Shown here: piece after piece, positions 1-8,633 of the stretch
How the letters are laid out: each line of letters opens with the position of its first letter
Numbering within the stretch: the first letter of the stretch is position 1
Origin: Acinetobacter wanghuae
GTDB lineage: Bacteria > Pseudomonadota > Gammaproteobacteria > Pseudomonadales > Moraxellaceae
Length of the DNA stretch: 32,000 nucleotides
Direction of reading: 5' to 3'
NCBI RefSeq assembly: GCF_009557235.1
Contig: NZ_CP045650.1
Coordinates: 1,230,001-1,262,000, forward strand
Notes under the pieces: generated by a model
Seen by the model: the letters and a program-made list of their open reading frames with translations, nothing else
Database searches by the model: none
What the model was told of the DNA's origin: nothing
Program-made: the position numbers and the translations under genes

Positions 1-228
1 ACTGAAAAGAATAAATACAAAAACAAGGGCAATCATGATTTGAATATAATCACGATGATCGATCGTTGAAAAATAGTTCTTCGTCACCTCATATAAACCG
101 CTATAGAGCATAAACGATAGTGTAAGAATACTGATGAATAGAATGAAGATAGGTGTTGAGGTTGGAATAGAAATAGACAGACCATTGAAGTCATGAATGA
201 TGGTTGCTTTACCATTGTTATTCTTCAT
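1..228 (-). CDS. hypothetical small membrane protein, N-terminal part only (gene runs off the window start)
   Basis: My own minus-strand translation from ATG 228-226 gives MKNNNGKATIIHDFNGLSISIPTSTPIFILFISILTLSFMLYSGLYEVTKNYFSTIDHRDYIQIMIALVFVFILFS. It stays open to position 1 and has two hydrophobic stretches. No clear SD. It is absent from the ORF track, presumably because it has no in-window stop. Confidence 0.3.
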   Translation of the reverse strand, partial: MKNNNGKATIIHDFNGLSISIPTSTPIFILFISILTLSFMLYSGLYEVTKNYFSTIDHRDYIQIMIALVFVFILFS

Positions 229-274
229 ATTTTTAATTTATTGCTCATTTTTCTGAAGTATAAATGAATGGTCT

Positions 275-301
275 AAAAAAAACACCCTGAAATACAGGGT
301 G
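275..301 (-). terminator. rho-independent terminator downstream of metI
   Basis: Perfect 7-bp stem CACCCTG (283-289) / CAGGGTG (295-301) with a 5-nt loop. On the minus strand it is followed by T8 (A-run 275-282 on plus). It lies 31 nt past the metI stop. Confidence 0.8.
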
Positions 302-331
302 CTCTTTGAACATTTCTTAGGTTTTAAATTA

Positions 332-1027
332 TTAACGAATTTTGGATAACCAATCACCCACACTCTGTACAATTTGCACCAAAATCAACAAAACAATCAC
401 GGTCATAATGACCACAGAAGTGTCAAAACGTTGGTAGCCATAAGAAATTGCTAAATCACCAATACCGCCTGCACCCACTGCACCTGCCATTGCAGTCGCG
501 CCAATCAAGCTGATGGTGGCTGTGGTTAAGTTTAAAATGAGTGAACTGCGTGCTTCAGGCAATACAAACTTGAAAATGGTTTGCATTGGGGTTGCACCCA
601 TAGCTTGCGCTGACTCAATAATTCCTTCATTCACTTCGAGTAAAGACGTTTCAATTAAGCGACCAATATAAGGGCCGACATAAATCGTTAACGGGACAAT
701 CGCAGCCCACGTGCCGATCGAGGTGCCGACCAAAAACTTAGTAAGTGGAATGACTGCAATTAAAAGAATGATAAAAGGCAGCGAGCGCAGGGCATTTACA
801 ATTGGATTTAGCCCGTGATAAAGCACACGATTGGGTAAAATACCATTCGGACGTGTCACAACTAAAGTGATCGCTTGGATAAAGCCCCAAATACAGCCAA
901 ACAACATAGCGAAGAACACCATGTGAAAGGTTTCTTGTAAGGCAGTCACAAACTGATCCATCGACAGCGAGCTTTTCCAAAATGGTGCAGTTAATGTGGT
1001 GAGCCATTGCACAATTAAATCTCTCAT
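332..1027 (-). CDS. metI: methionine ABC transporter permease
   Basis: 231-aa polytopic hydrophobic ORF. The C-terminal region AMAGAVGAGGIGDLAISYGYQRF is typical of MetI-type permeases. Its start overlaps the metN stop (ATGA at 1024-1027), indicating translational coupling. Confidence 0.9.
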   Translation of the reverse strand: MRDLIVQWLTTLTAPFWKSSLSMDQFVTALQETFHMVFFAMLFGCIWGFIQAITLVVTRPNGILPNRVLYHGLNPIVNALRSLPFIILLIAVIPLTKFLVGTSIGTWAAIVPLTIYVGPYIGRLIETSLLEVNEGIIESAQAMGATPMQTIFKFVLPEARSSLILNLTTATISLIGATAMAGAVGAGGIGDLAISYGYQRFDTSVVIMTVIVLLILVQIVQSVGDWLSKIR

Positions 1028-2049
1028 GCCTGAACTCCTGCTTGATCGACTTGAACGCCGTTGTCCTCTAAGAATGAAATCACATTTTGAATCACGTGAT
1101 CATCGCCTAAAAGCTGAATAAACATTTGCCCAATCACGGCACCGCCAATTTCCGTCATATTGGCAAATAAAATATTGAGACTAATATCAAAGCGTTTAAT
1201 TGCCGCTTGAATTACGGTTTCTTGTGCAGAACTTCCCAAGAATTTGAGGCAATAAATACTGTTATGATTTTGATTTTCTAGATTCTTTAAAATATTAATT
1301 GGTAAATTTTGCTGTAATACGGTTTGAATAAAGCTTTTGGTTGTTGCATGTTGTGGCTGACTGAAGATTTGCAAAGTCGAACCTGTTTCAATCACATCGC
1401 CTTTTTCCATGACGGCAACATAGTCACATACAGATTCAATCACATCCATTTCATGGGTGACCATCACAATGGTAATGCCTTGCTCTTGATTGATTTTTTT
1501 CAGCAAAGCTAAAACAGATTGTGTAGTTTGTGGATCAAGTGCGGAGGTTGCTTCATCACACAGTAAAATTTTAGGATGATTGGCAAGGGCACGGGCAATG
1601 CCGACACGTTGCTTCTGCCCACCTGAAAGTTCATCGGGGAAAGCATTGCGTTTATGTTTTAAATCGATAAATTCGAGCAGTTCTTCTAGACGTTTTTCAC
1701 GTTCAGCTTTAGACCAACCCAAAAGTTTCATGGGCATTTCAATGTTGGCTGCAACGGTTTTGGTTTGCATTAAATTGAAATGCTGGAAAATCATGCCAAT
1801 ATTGGCACGTTCCTGACGTAAGCGTGCTGCATCAAGTGCAGTGAAGTCAGTATCATTAATGAAGATTTGCCCAGCGCTTGGACGTTCTAGTAAATTAATG
1901 AGACGAATCAGTGTGCTTTTACCTGCACCACTATAACCAATGATGCCAAAAATACTGCCTGTTGGAATCGATAGATTAATCTGATTCAGCGCCGCTAAAG
2001 TTTGACCTTTATGCGTATAGTGTTTAGAAATATTCTTAAATTCGATCAT
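1024..2049 (-). CDS. metN: methionine ABC transporter ATP-binding protein
   Basis: 341 aa with Walker A GYSGAGKST, ABC signature LSGGQKQRVGIARAL and Walker B ILLCDEATSALD, plus a C-terminal extension consistent with the NIL regulatory domain. Flanked by metQ and metI. Confidence 0.93.
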   Translation of the reverse strand: MIEFKNISKHYTHKGQTLAALNQINLSIPTGSIFGIIGYSGAGKSTLIRLINLLERPSAGQIFINDTDFTALDAARLRQERANIGMIFQHFNLMQTKTVAANIEMPMKLLGWSKAEREKRLEELLEFIDLKHKRNAFPDELSGGQKQRVGIARALANHPKILLCDEATSALDPQTTQSVLALLKKINQEQGITIVMVTHEMDVIESVCDYVAVMEKGDVIETGSTLQIFSQPQHATTKSFIQTVLQQNLPINILKNLENQNHNSIYCLKFLGSSAQETVIQAAIKRFDISLNILFANMTEIGGAVIGQMFIQLLGDDHVIQNVISFLEDNGVQVDQAGVQA

Positions 2050-2073
2050 AGCGTCAAAGGTTACATCAGGAAT

Positions 2074-2103
2074 AAAAAAACAGGCAAAGAAGACTTTGCC
2101 TGT
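2074..2103 (-). terminator. strong intrinsic terminator-like hairpin between metQ and metN
   Basis: On the minus strand: ACAGGCAAAG-tctt-CTTTGCCTGT (10-bp perfect stem, plus coordinates 2080-2103) followed by T7 (2074-2080 on plus). It sits 20 nt after the metQ stop and about 25 nt before the metN ATG. Confidence 0.7.
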
Positions 2104-2123
2104 CCTAAAACTGCATTATAGAC

Positions 2124-3002
2124 TTATTTTGCGCCAGTCAAATAGCTTGTTGGTTCATTTACAGCAACTTTTGTTCCTGCAAAATGTTCATCTACATATG
2201 CTTTTACCGCTGGCGTATGGTAAAGCGCACCGACTTTTTGTAGTACAGGATCATTGGCACGATCTGCTGCGACGGCTAAAACGTTAACATTCATTTTCGT
2301 GCTTTGATCCACTGGCTCGTAGTAGATTGAATCTTTCAATACGTTTAAACCACCTTCCATTGCAAGGGTATTACCCAAGACAATTGCATCCACTTCATCT
2401 TTCACACGAACAGCGGTTGCCATTTGAATCGGTTTAATCACGATTTTCTTCGCATTTTCAGTCACATCAGACGTTGTGCCTTTGACATTGTCAAAGTTCG
2501 CTTTAAGCTTCACTAAACCTGCTGATTGTAATAGTAACAATGCGCGTGATTCGTTAGCGCCGTCGTTTGGAATGGCAATCGTTGCGCCTGTTTTAAACTC
2601 TGCTAAAGTTTTTACTTTGCTTGAATAGATACCCATTGGCTCTAAATAAGTCGTAGAGAGGGGTGCAATTTTCGCAGTGTTGGCATCGTTATACGCAACC
2701 ATGTAGGCATACGATTGGAATGCATTCACATCAATTTCTTTATTTGCAACTGCTGTGTTCATTGCGACATAGTCAGTGAAATTTTTCACATCAAGTTTTA
2801 AACCCGCGTCTTTGGTTTCAGGCAATGTTGCAATATGACGCCATACATCCGCATCTGAACCTGTTGATGCAATCGTTACGGTTTGAAGTTCACCAGCATT
2901 TTTATCGTTTTGAGCTGCATCCGTTGCAGGCGCTTCTTGTTTGCCACACGCTGTCAAAGTCAAAACAGATGCACCGAGTAAAACGCTAAGTAGCTTTTTC
3001 AT
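2124..3002 (-). CDS. metQ: methionine-binding lipoprotein (NlpA/MetQ family)
   Basis: 292 aa. Signal peptide with lipobox LTLTAC, then a periplasmic-binding-protein-like body. AGGA lies 8-9 nt upstream of ATG 3002. The gene leads the metN-metI pair. Confidence 0.88.
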   Translation of the reverse strand: MKKLLSVLLGASVLTLTACGKQEAPATDAAQNDKNAGELQTVTIASTGSDADVWRHIATLPETKDAGLKLDVKNFTDYVAMNTAVANKEIDVNAFQSYAYMVAYNDANTAKIAPLSTTYLEPMGIYSSKVKTLAEFKTGATIAIPNDGANESRALLLLQSAGLVKLKANFDNVKGTTSDVTENAKKIVIKPIQMATAVRVKDEVDAIVLGNTLAMEGGLNVLKDSIYYEPVDQSTKMNVNVLAVAADRANDPVLQKVGALYHTPAVKAYVDEHFAGTKVAVNEPTSYLTGAK

Positions 3003-3561
3003 AAAGATGTCCTAATTTTCAAATTGCCTAATCTATAGATAAGTCAGGTTGCGTTAAAATATTTTTATTGCAAGTAATTGATACCTATAAGATTGGGCTT
3101 AAAGTAAGTTTGCGCAAAGAAAATGTACTTGTCGCAACACTTTTATAAAATGTCTCTCATCAGCGCAGATTAAACCGCTATATCTGGTATCTATTAAAAT
3201 AAGAAAATAGATATATTATAATGATATAGAGGAATCTAACGCCTTGAATCTGTGCCTATCATAACAACAAATCTATATTCATTATAGCGGATAAAAAAGC
3301 ATAACTTATCTCTTTAGTAGCATATGAAATTTAACAGATTCATTAAAATATCAATAAATACAATATATTATTTTTAGTGAAAATGATGCTTACATGTAAA
3401 CTGCTGAAATATTAGACTTTATAAGATTTTACTCAATCTAAATCACAAAAAAGAATATAATCTTTGGTATAAAAGCGTAAAAAGACGCGCTGAACCGTAT
3501 TAGGCATTTAACTTAAAGCCCGCAAATTTTTAATCCAATATAACAATTGAGGGCACGGCAC

Positions 3562-4113
3562 TTAACAAAACGGAATATGCAGGTAATCGCTACGTTGCTT
3601 TTCATACAGCACATGTAAATTTAATGGATGCTCAAGAGGCATAAGTGGGTGACTAAACTCACTGACTTTTTCCATGCCAATACGTTGCATCACGCGTTCC
3701 GATGGTTGGTTTGCAGATGCCGTAAATGAAATCACTTTGTCTAATCTTAGATTGCGAAACGCATGTTTAAGCACAGCTTTTGAGCCTTCGGTGGCATAAC
3801 CTTGATGCCAATATTGTGGCAGTAAACGCCAACCAATTTCAGGTGCATCTGCCATTTCAAATTCAGGTGGATGGACGTGTAATCCAATAAAGCCAATAAA
3901 TTCACCTGTGGCTTTAAGCTCTACAGCATATAAACCCCAACCGCGAGTTTCTATGGCATCTTTAAGCCGTTGCATAAATGCTGTGGCCTCGGAAGCATTG
4001 AGTTTTTTATAGAAGTGGCGCATGACCTGATCATCTGCACACATTTGGATAAATGGGGCAGTGTCGGAGTCTTGCCATTGGCGGAGGATCAGGCGAGGGG
4101 TTTCTAATATCAT
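3562..4113 (-). CDS. GNAT family N-acetyltransferase (RimJ/RimL-like)
   Basis: 183 aa. N-terminal TPRLILRQW, central IGWRLLPQYWHQGYATEG and NQPSERVMQRIGM match the Acetyltransf_3 / RimJ-like pattern from memory. Substrate unknown. Confidence 0.8.
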   Translation of the reverse strand: MILETPRLILRQWQDSDTAPFIQMCADDQVMRHFYKKLNASEATAFMQRLKDAIETRGWGLYAVELKATGEFIGFIGLHVHPPEFEMADAPEIGWRLLPQYWHQGYATEGSKAVLKHAFRNLRLDKVISFTASANQPSERVMQRIGMEKVSEFSHPLMPLEHPLNLHVLYEKQRSDYLHIPFC

Positions 4114-4140
4114 ACTTTAAAATTTTTCAATATTTAATAA

Positions 4141-4157
4141 TTGAGTATATTACTCAA
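4141..4157. promoter_or_regulatory. 17-bp perfect palindrome (candidate operator) in the divergent promoter region
   Basis: TTGAGTA-tat-TACTCAA, with 7-bp arms that are exact reverse complements. It lies 28 nt upstream of the GNAT ATG (4113) and about 180 nt upstream of the 4336 ORF. Confidence 0.35.
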
Positions 4158-4335
4158 ATTATTCAGTATGCAGATACTTATGCTTAAATCTAATGACTAC
4201 TAAATATGACAGAAAGAAGTTAGAACTATAAATACAATTTAATTTCAGAGTAAAAAATAACCGATGAATGTCTATCTATTTCTTTGAAATAGACTGATAA
4301 GATAAATTTGAGTTTATTAATTTGTAGGTGAAGCT

Positions 4336-4692
4336 GTGAAATATATGATTCTTAGTCTTCTAGTTAATTGTATGGCTATTAATGCTGTTCAAGCGGGAGA
4401 TAGAATAACTATGGATTCAAATCCATTTAATGTTTTCGGTGCAAATAATGGAGTAGCTGAACAGAAATCTTATTGGGAAAAACAGCGTGAAGAAGAGCGA
4501 AAACGTGAAGAAGACAAAAAACGTTATCAAAGCTCTACAGGAACAAATTATCAATATAATTTAAATAATGCAGTAGATCGTAATAACTATAGTATTGATT
4601 TAGATGCACAGCGTAGAGATCAAATGAGTTTAAATCCAACTCGTAGTCTAGATAGGGGTATCGGGCAATTTGGCGGGGGAATTATTGATTGA
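4336..4692 (+). CDS. hypothetical secreted protein with a highly charged K/E/R segment
   Basis: 118 aa. GTG start preceded by AGGTGA with a 4-nt spacer. Signal-peptide-like N-terminus MKYMILSLLVNCMAINAVQA/GD, then a charged run KQREEERKREEDKKR and an N/Q/S/D-rich remainder. I recognise no family. Confidence 0.55.
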   Translation: MKYMILSLLVNCMAINAVQAGDRITMDSNPFNVFGANNGVAEQKSYWEKQREEERKREEDKKRYQSSTGTNYQYNLNNAVDRNNYSIDLDAQRRDQMSLNPTRSLDRGIGQFGGGIID

Positions 4693-4825
4693 TTAAAATC
4701 TAACTAATCTATATTTGATGTTAATAGGTTATTGAAATACCATGAAATTGTAATAATTTTTTTATTATTTGAAATAATGCATAGCAATTTTTATAAAAAA
4801 TAGCAATTTGGTATCTTTAATTAGT

Positions 4826-4853
4826 AAAAACCCCGCACTCAGCGGGGTTTTTT
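4826..4853. terminator. bidirectional rho-independent terminator (4336 ORF / purD)
   Basis: Stem CCCCGC (4831-4836) / GCGGGG (4842-4847) with a 5-nt loop, flanked by A5 upstream and T6 downstream. It can therefore terminate both convergent transcripts. Confidence 0.85.
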
Positions 4854-4867
4854 GTACTTAAAACTAA

Positions 4868-6151
4868 TTAAGCATTTTCACGCGCAATTGCACGGTAACC
4901 AATATCTTTACGGTATTGAACGCCGTCGAATGTCACTTTTTGACAAAGTTCTAATGCTTTTGCTTGTGCTTCACCAATCGTATCACCAAGTGCAGTCACA
5001 CAAAGCACACGACCGCCAGCAGTCACGATCTCACCATTTTCATTGGCTTTTGTACCTGCATGGAATACTTTCGCATCAGCCATCACAGTGTCTAAACCTG
5101 AAATCACATCGCCATTGCTTGATGTTTCAGGGTAGCCTTTAGACGCAAGTACGATACCCACAGTTTTACGCTCATCCCATTCAGCCTCGCTAGGTAAATT
5201 ACCTTCAATACCTGCTTGAACCAAATCAACGAGCGATGATTTTAAACGCATCATAATCGGCTGAGTTTCAGGGTCACCAAAACGACAGTTAAACTCGATC
5301 ACTTTTGGTTGACCTTTATCGTCAATCATCAAACCTGCGTATAAGAAACCTGTATAAACGTGACCGTCTTTTTTCATACCTTCAACGGTAGGACGCATCA
5401 CTTCATTCATGGTTTTTTCAAATACGTCAGCAGTCACCACAGGCGCAGGAGAGTATGCACCCATACCACCTGTATTTGGACCTTGGTCGCCTTCAAAAAT
5501 ACGTTTATGGTCTTGAGACGTTGCCATTGGCAAAATGTTGTCGCCATCAATCATACAAATGAATGATGCTTCTTCACCTGCAAGGAATTCTTCGATCACA
5601 ACACGAGAACCCGCATCACCAAACTTGTTGCCTGCAAGCATGTCGTCAATGGCATCAAATGCTTCTTGATTGGTCATGGCCACGATCACGCCTTTACCTG
5701 CAGCAAGACCATCCGCCTTAATCACAATTGGTGCACCATTTTGCTCAACAAATGCTTTGGCAGCATCGACTTCTGTGAATACGTCATAGAAAGCAGTTGG
5801 AATGTTGTGACGTTTTAAGAAGTGCTTGGCAAATGCTTTAGAGCCTTCCAATTGGGCTGCAAATTGCGTTGGACCCCAAATTTTAACGCCCGCAGCGCGG
5901 CAAGCGTCCACAACACCGTTCACGAGCGGTGCTTCAGGACCGACAACAATCAGTTCAACTGCATTGTTTTTGGCAAAATCAATAATGGCAGGGTTGTCGA
6001 GAATGTCTAAAGCGACATTTTCACATTTATTTTCAGTTGCAGTACCTGCATTACCTGGCGCAACAAAGACTTTTGTCACTTGATCGTCTTGTGCGATTTT
6101 CCACGCCAATGCATGCTCACGACCGCCACTACCCAAAACTAAAATGTTCAT
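4868..6151 (-). CDS. purD: phosphoribosylamine-glycine ligase
   Basis: 427 aa. The N-terminus MNILVLGSGGREHALAWK and the ATP-grasp core are characteristic of PurD, and the length is as expected. Confidence 0.95.
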   Translation of the reverse strand: MNILVLGSGGREHALAWKIAQDDQVTKVFVAPGNAGTATENKCENVALDILDNPAIIDFAKNNAVELIVVGPEAPLVNGVVDACRAAGVKIWGPTQFAAQLEGSKAFAKHFLKRHNIPTAFYDVFTEVDAAKAFVEQNGAPIVIKADGLAAGKGVIVAMTNQEAFDAIDDMLAGNKFGDAGSRVVIEEFLAGEEASFICMIDGDNILPMATSQDHKRIFEGDQGPNTGGMGAYSPAPVVTADVFEKTMNEVMRPTVEGMKKDGHVYTGFLYAGLMIDDKGQPKVIEFNCRFGDPETQPIMMRLKSSLVDLVQAGIEGNLPSEAEWDERKTVGIVLASKGYPETSSNGDVISGLDTVMADAKVFHAGTKANENGEIVTAGGRVLCVTALGDTIGEAQAKALELCQKVTFDGVQYRKDIGYRAIARENA

Positions 6152-6250
6152 CTTTAGAATAACCCTCGAAAATGAAATCCCAATGCCGAATTCGGCTTAA
6201 AAATCATTAACATCTTAACGCAAGATGCAAATTAAAACAGACATAATAAC

Positions 6251-6272
6251 CCCCCCTTTATCAAAAGGAGGG
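6251..6272 (-). terminator. weak terminator/attenuator-like hairpin between purH and purD
   Basis: Minus-strand RNA CCCUCCUUU-UGAU-AAAGGGGGG forms 9 pairs including one G-U. The following tract is only moderately U-rich. It starts 21 nt after the purH stop. Confidence 0.3.
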
Positions 6273-6292
6273 CTTATTTAAAGTTTTACAAC

Positions 6293-7867
6293 TTAGTGGC
6301 GGAAATGACGCATGCCAGTGAACACCATGGCAATACCTGCTTCATCAGCAGCAGCAATCGTTTCTTCGTCGCGCATAGAACCACCCGGTTGGATAATGCA
6401 TTTGATGCCTGCTTTTGCAGCATTATCAATACCATCACGGAATGGGAAGAATGCATCAGATGCCATTACCGCACCTTCAACCACGAGTCCTGCATGTTCA
6501 GCTTTGATCGCAGCGATACGAGCAGAGTTTACACGGCTCATTTGACCTGCGCCCACACCAATGGTTTGACGGTTTTTTGCATACACAATCGCGTTAGATT
6601 TCACGTATTTCGCTACTTTCCAAGCAAAGATCATGTCATCGATTTCTTGTTCAGTTGGTGCACGTTTAGTCACAACTTTTAAGTCATCTTTAGTGATCAT
6701 GCCTAAGTCTTGGTCTTGAACCAATAAACCGCCATTTACGCGTTTGTAGTCAAGTTGTGCAGCACGTTCGTCAATCTTTGGTAATTCACCACATACAAGA
6801 ACACGGACGTTTTTCTTCGCGCCAGTCACTTCAAGTACGCCTTCAGCGATGCTTGGTGCAATGATCACTTCAACGAATTGACGGTCTACAATCGCTTGTG
6901 CAGTTACAACGTCTAATTCACGGTTGAATGCAATGATGCCACCGAATGCAGATTCAGGGTCGGTTGCATACGCGAGATCATATGCTGCTTTAATGCCGTC
7001 TAAAGACACTGCAACGCCACATGGGTTGGCGTGTTTTACGATCACACAAGCAGGTTTTACAAATGATTTTACACATTCAAGTGCAGCATCTGTATCTGCG
7101 ATGTTGTTATAAGACAATTCTTTGCCTTGTAACTGCTTCGCTGTTGAAACAGATGCTTCAGTTGCAGTTGATTCTACATAGAATGCAGCAGATTGATGTG
7201 GGTTTTCACCGTAACGTAAATCTTGTGCTTTGTTCAATTGCGTGTTGAACGTACGAGCAAATTTTTCAGCTTGACCTTCATCTTTACCTACGCGAGCGCC
7301 TAAGTAAGATGCGATCATGCCGTCATATTGAGCCGTATGTTCAAATGCTTTTACCGCTAAGTCAAAACGTGTTGCATAAGATAAAGCACCCTCAGCTTTA
7401 AGCTCAGCGACAACAGTTGCATAGTCAGATGCATTTACCACAATGCCGACAGACGCATGGTTTTTTGCCGCAGCACGAACCATCGTCGGACCACCGATGT
7501 CGATATTTTCAATCGCATCAGCCAGTGAACAGTTTGGTTTTGCTACGGTTGCAGCAAATGGATAAAGGTTAACCACAACTAAATCGATTGCATCAATGTT
7601 GTGTTCAGCCATCACAGCTTCGTCTAGACCACGACGAGCTAAGATACCCCCATGAATTTTAGGATGTAGCGTTTTTACGCGTCCGTCCATCATCTCTGGA
7701 AAACCTGTATGCTCCGAAACTTCAACAACAGCAACATTATTGTCTTTCAACAATTTGTATGTTCCGCCAGTTGATAAAATTTCTACCCCTAGAGCAGCAA
7801 GTTCTTGTGCAAATTCAACAATACCAGTTTTATCTGATACAGAGATTAAAGCGCGTTTAATAGTCAT
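6293..7867 (-). CDS. purH: bifunctional AICAR formyltransferase / IMP cyclohydrolase
   Basis: 524 aa from ATG 7867 ([15 protein letters not shown], the MGS-like IMPCH domain), ending GMRHFRH. The track ORF runs 16 codons further upstream (to 7915), which I treat as a spurious extension. Confidence 0.95.
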   Translation of the reverse strand: MTIKRALISVSDKTGIVEFAQELAALGVEILSTGGTYKLLKDNNVAVVEVSEHTGFPEMMDGRVKTLHPKIHGGILARRGLDEAVMAEHNIDAIDLVVVNLYPFAATVAKPNCSLADAIENIDIGGPTMVRAAAKNHASVGIVVNASDYATVVAELKAEGALSYATRFDLAVKAFEHTAQYDGMIASYLGARVGKDEGQAEKFARTFNTQLNKAQDLRYGENPHQSAAFYVESTATEASVSTAKQLQGKELSYNNIADTDAALECVKSFVKPACVIVKHANPCGVAVSLDGIKAAYDLAYATDPESAFGGIIAFNRELDVVTAQAIVDRQFVEVIIAPSIAEGVLEVTGAKKNVRVLVCGELPKIDERAAQLDYKRVNGGLLVQDQDLGMITKDDLKVVTKRAPTEQEIDDMIFAWKVAKYVKSNAIVYAKNRQTIGVGAGQMSRVNSARIAAIKAEHAGLVVEGAVMASDAFFPFRDGIDNAAKAGIKCIIQPGGSMRDEETIAAADEAGIAMVFTGMRHFRH

Positions 7868-7926
7868 GATCTTCGTCACAGTCTTCAAGGAACAAGTTAA
7901 AACAAAAAAAGGCAAAAAATTTGGTC

Positions 7927-7957
7927 AAAAAAAATGCCTGCGTTAAACGCAAGCATT
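7927..7957 (-). terminator. terminator-like hairpin downstream of fis
   Basis: Stem AATGCCTGCG (7933-7942) / CGCAAGCATT (7948-7957) pairs at 9 of 10 positions. On the minus strand it is followed by T8 (A-run 7927-7934). It begins 8 nt after the fis stop. Confidence 0.65.
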
Positions 7958-7964
7958 TTATCAT

Positions 7965-8234
7965 TTATTCACTCATTAAACCGTGAGCTTTCAACTTTTT
8001 ACGAAGAGTACCACGGTTGAGTCCGAGGATCTCAGCAGCACGTGTCTGATTACCACGCGTATATTCTAGAACTACAGATAGAAGAGGTTTCTCCATTTCT
8101 GCCAGCACCATGTCGTAAACCTGAGATGGTTGCTCACCTTGCAGCTGTGCAAAGTAATGGCGAACTGCGCGATCTACGTGGATACGTAAAGCAACATCAG
8201 ATTGTGCAGTAAAAATAGGAGATTTGCTATTCAT
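7965..8234 (-). CDS. fis: DNA-binding nucleoid protein Fis
   Basis: 89 aa from ATG 8234. The C-terminal [28 protein letters not shown] is the Fis signature. The track start at 8255 is a TTG extension. Confidence 0.9.
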   Translation of the reverse strand: MNSKSPIFTAQSDVALRIHVDRAVRHYFAQLQGEQPSQVYDMVLAEMEKPLLSVVLEYTRGNQTRAAEILGLNRGTLRKKLKAHGLMSE

Positions 8235-8541
8235 GCGAATTAATCCGAAAAACAAATATCACTTGGGTAAAGCGATATATAAAAGTGGTCTAGAAATTGA
8301 AATGAACTCCGCTTTAGATCCTAAAACTGGAGTTCTAAAACTTAATCATTGCATTGAGCCAATAGCTTGCCACATCTAGCTGTCTTGGTCGAAAAATAAG
8401 CGTAACAATAGTTAAATTTTTGTTACAGACCTAAATCAAACAAAAAAACCTACTCAATACGCATTCAGGAATAAAGCGCATTAGGTAAAATTGTATTTGT
8501 TGTGAAAAACGAGCGAAGAGTTGGCAGCACATAGCTTTCGT

Positions 8542-8628
8542 GGCGCGTATAATACCATTGTCTAGGAAAAAGTGAGCAAGAAAACTGCATTTTTTTTAGT
8601 TTTTTTTCACTTTTTTAATAGGTTTTTT
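8542..8628 (-). promoter_or_regulatory. candidate promoter: phased A-tracts, extended -10 and GC-rich discriminator
   Basis: Minus strand reads TGgTATTAT (plus 8549-8557) followed by ACGCGCC (8542-8548). Upstream of it on the minus strand are four A-tracts (plus-strand T8 8590-8597, T8 8600-8607, T6 8611-8616, T6 8623-8628) starting 10-12 bp apart. The -35 (GCTCAC) is poor. Orientation is not proven, because TATAAT also reads on the plus strand. Confidence 0.35.
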
Positions 8629-8633
8629 CAATC

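Noticed and set aside
3003-3130. SAM riboswitch, T-box or MetJ met-box upstream of metQ.
   Set aside because: I could not find the conserved S-box core, a T-box specifier/terminator arrangement, or tandem AGACGTCT met-boxes by eye. This needs a covariance-model search for a definitive answer.
6185-6230. 12-bp perfect palindrome GCCGAATTCGGC and the ACGCAAGATGCAAAT string in the purH-purD spacer as a PurR operator.
   Set aside because: The palindrome can only form a 4-bp stem. The second string matches only the first half of the E. coli PurR box (ACGCAAACGTTTGCGT) and has no dyad symmetry.
7868-7915. N-terminal extensions in the ORF track: purH to 7915, fis to 8255, ntrC to 17126, lpxA from 30036, rimO from 18496, BASS paralog 1 to 11451.
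   Set aside because: The extensions overlap upstream genes or use TTG/GTG codons. In each case the conserved family N-terminus begins at an internal ATG, for example [27 protein letters not shown] and MITDTLIHST.
8521-8553. Plus-strand promoter TTGGCA...TATAAT, or the sigma54-like TGGCAG-N5-AGCTT, in the fis upstream region.
   Set aside because: The spacing between TTGGCA and TATAAT is 21 nt, which is too long, and the sigma54 match is poor. A plus-strand transcript would only run antisense into the 3' end of the zinc-ribbon gene. The minus-strand reading, with an extended -10 and upstream A-tracts, fits better but is still unproven.
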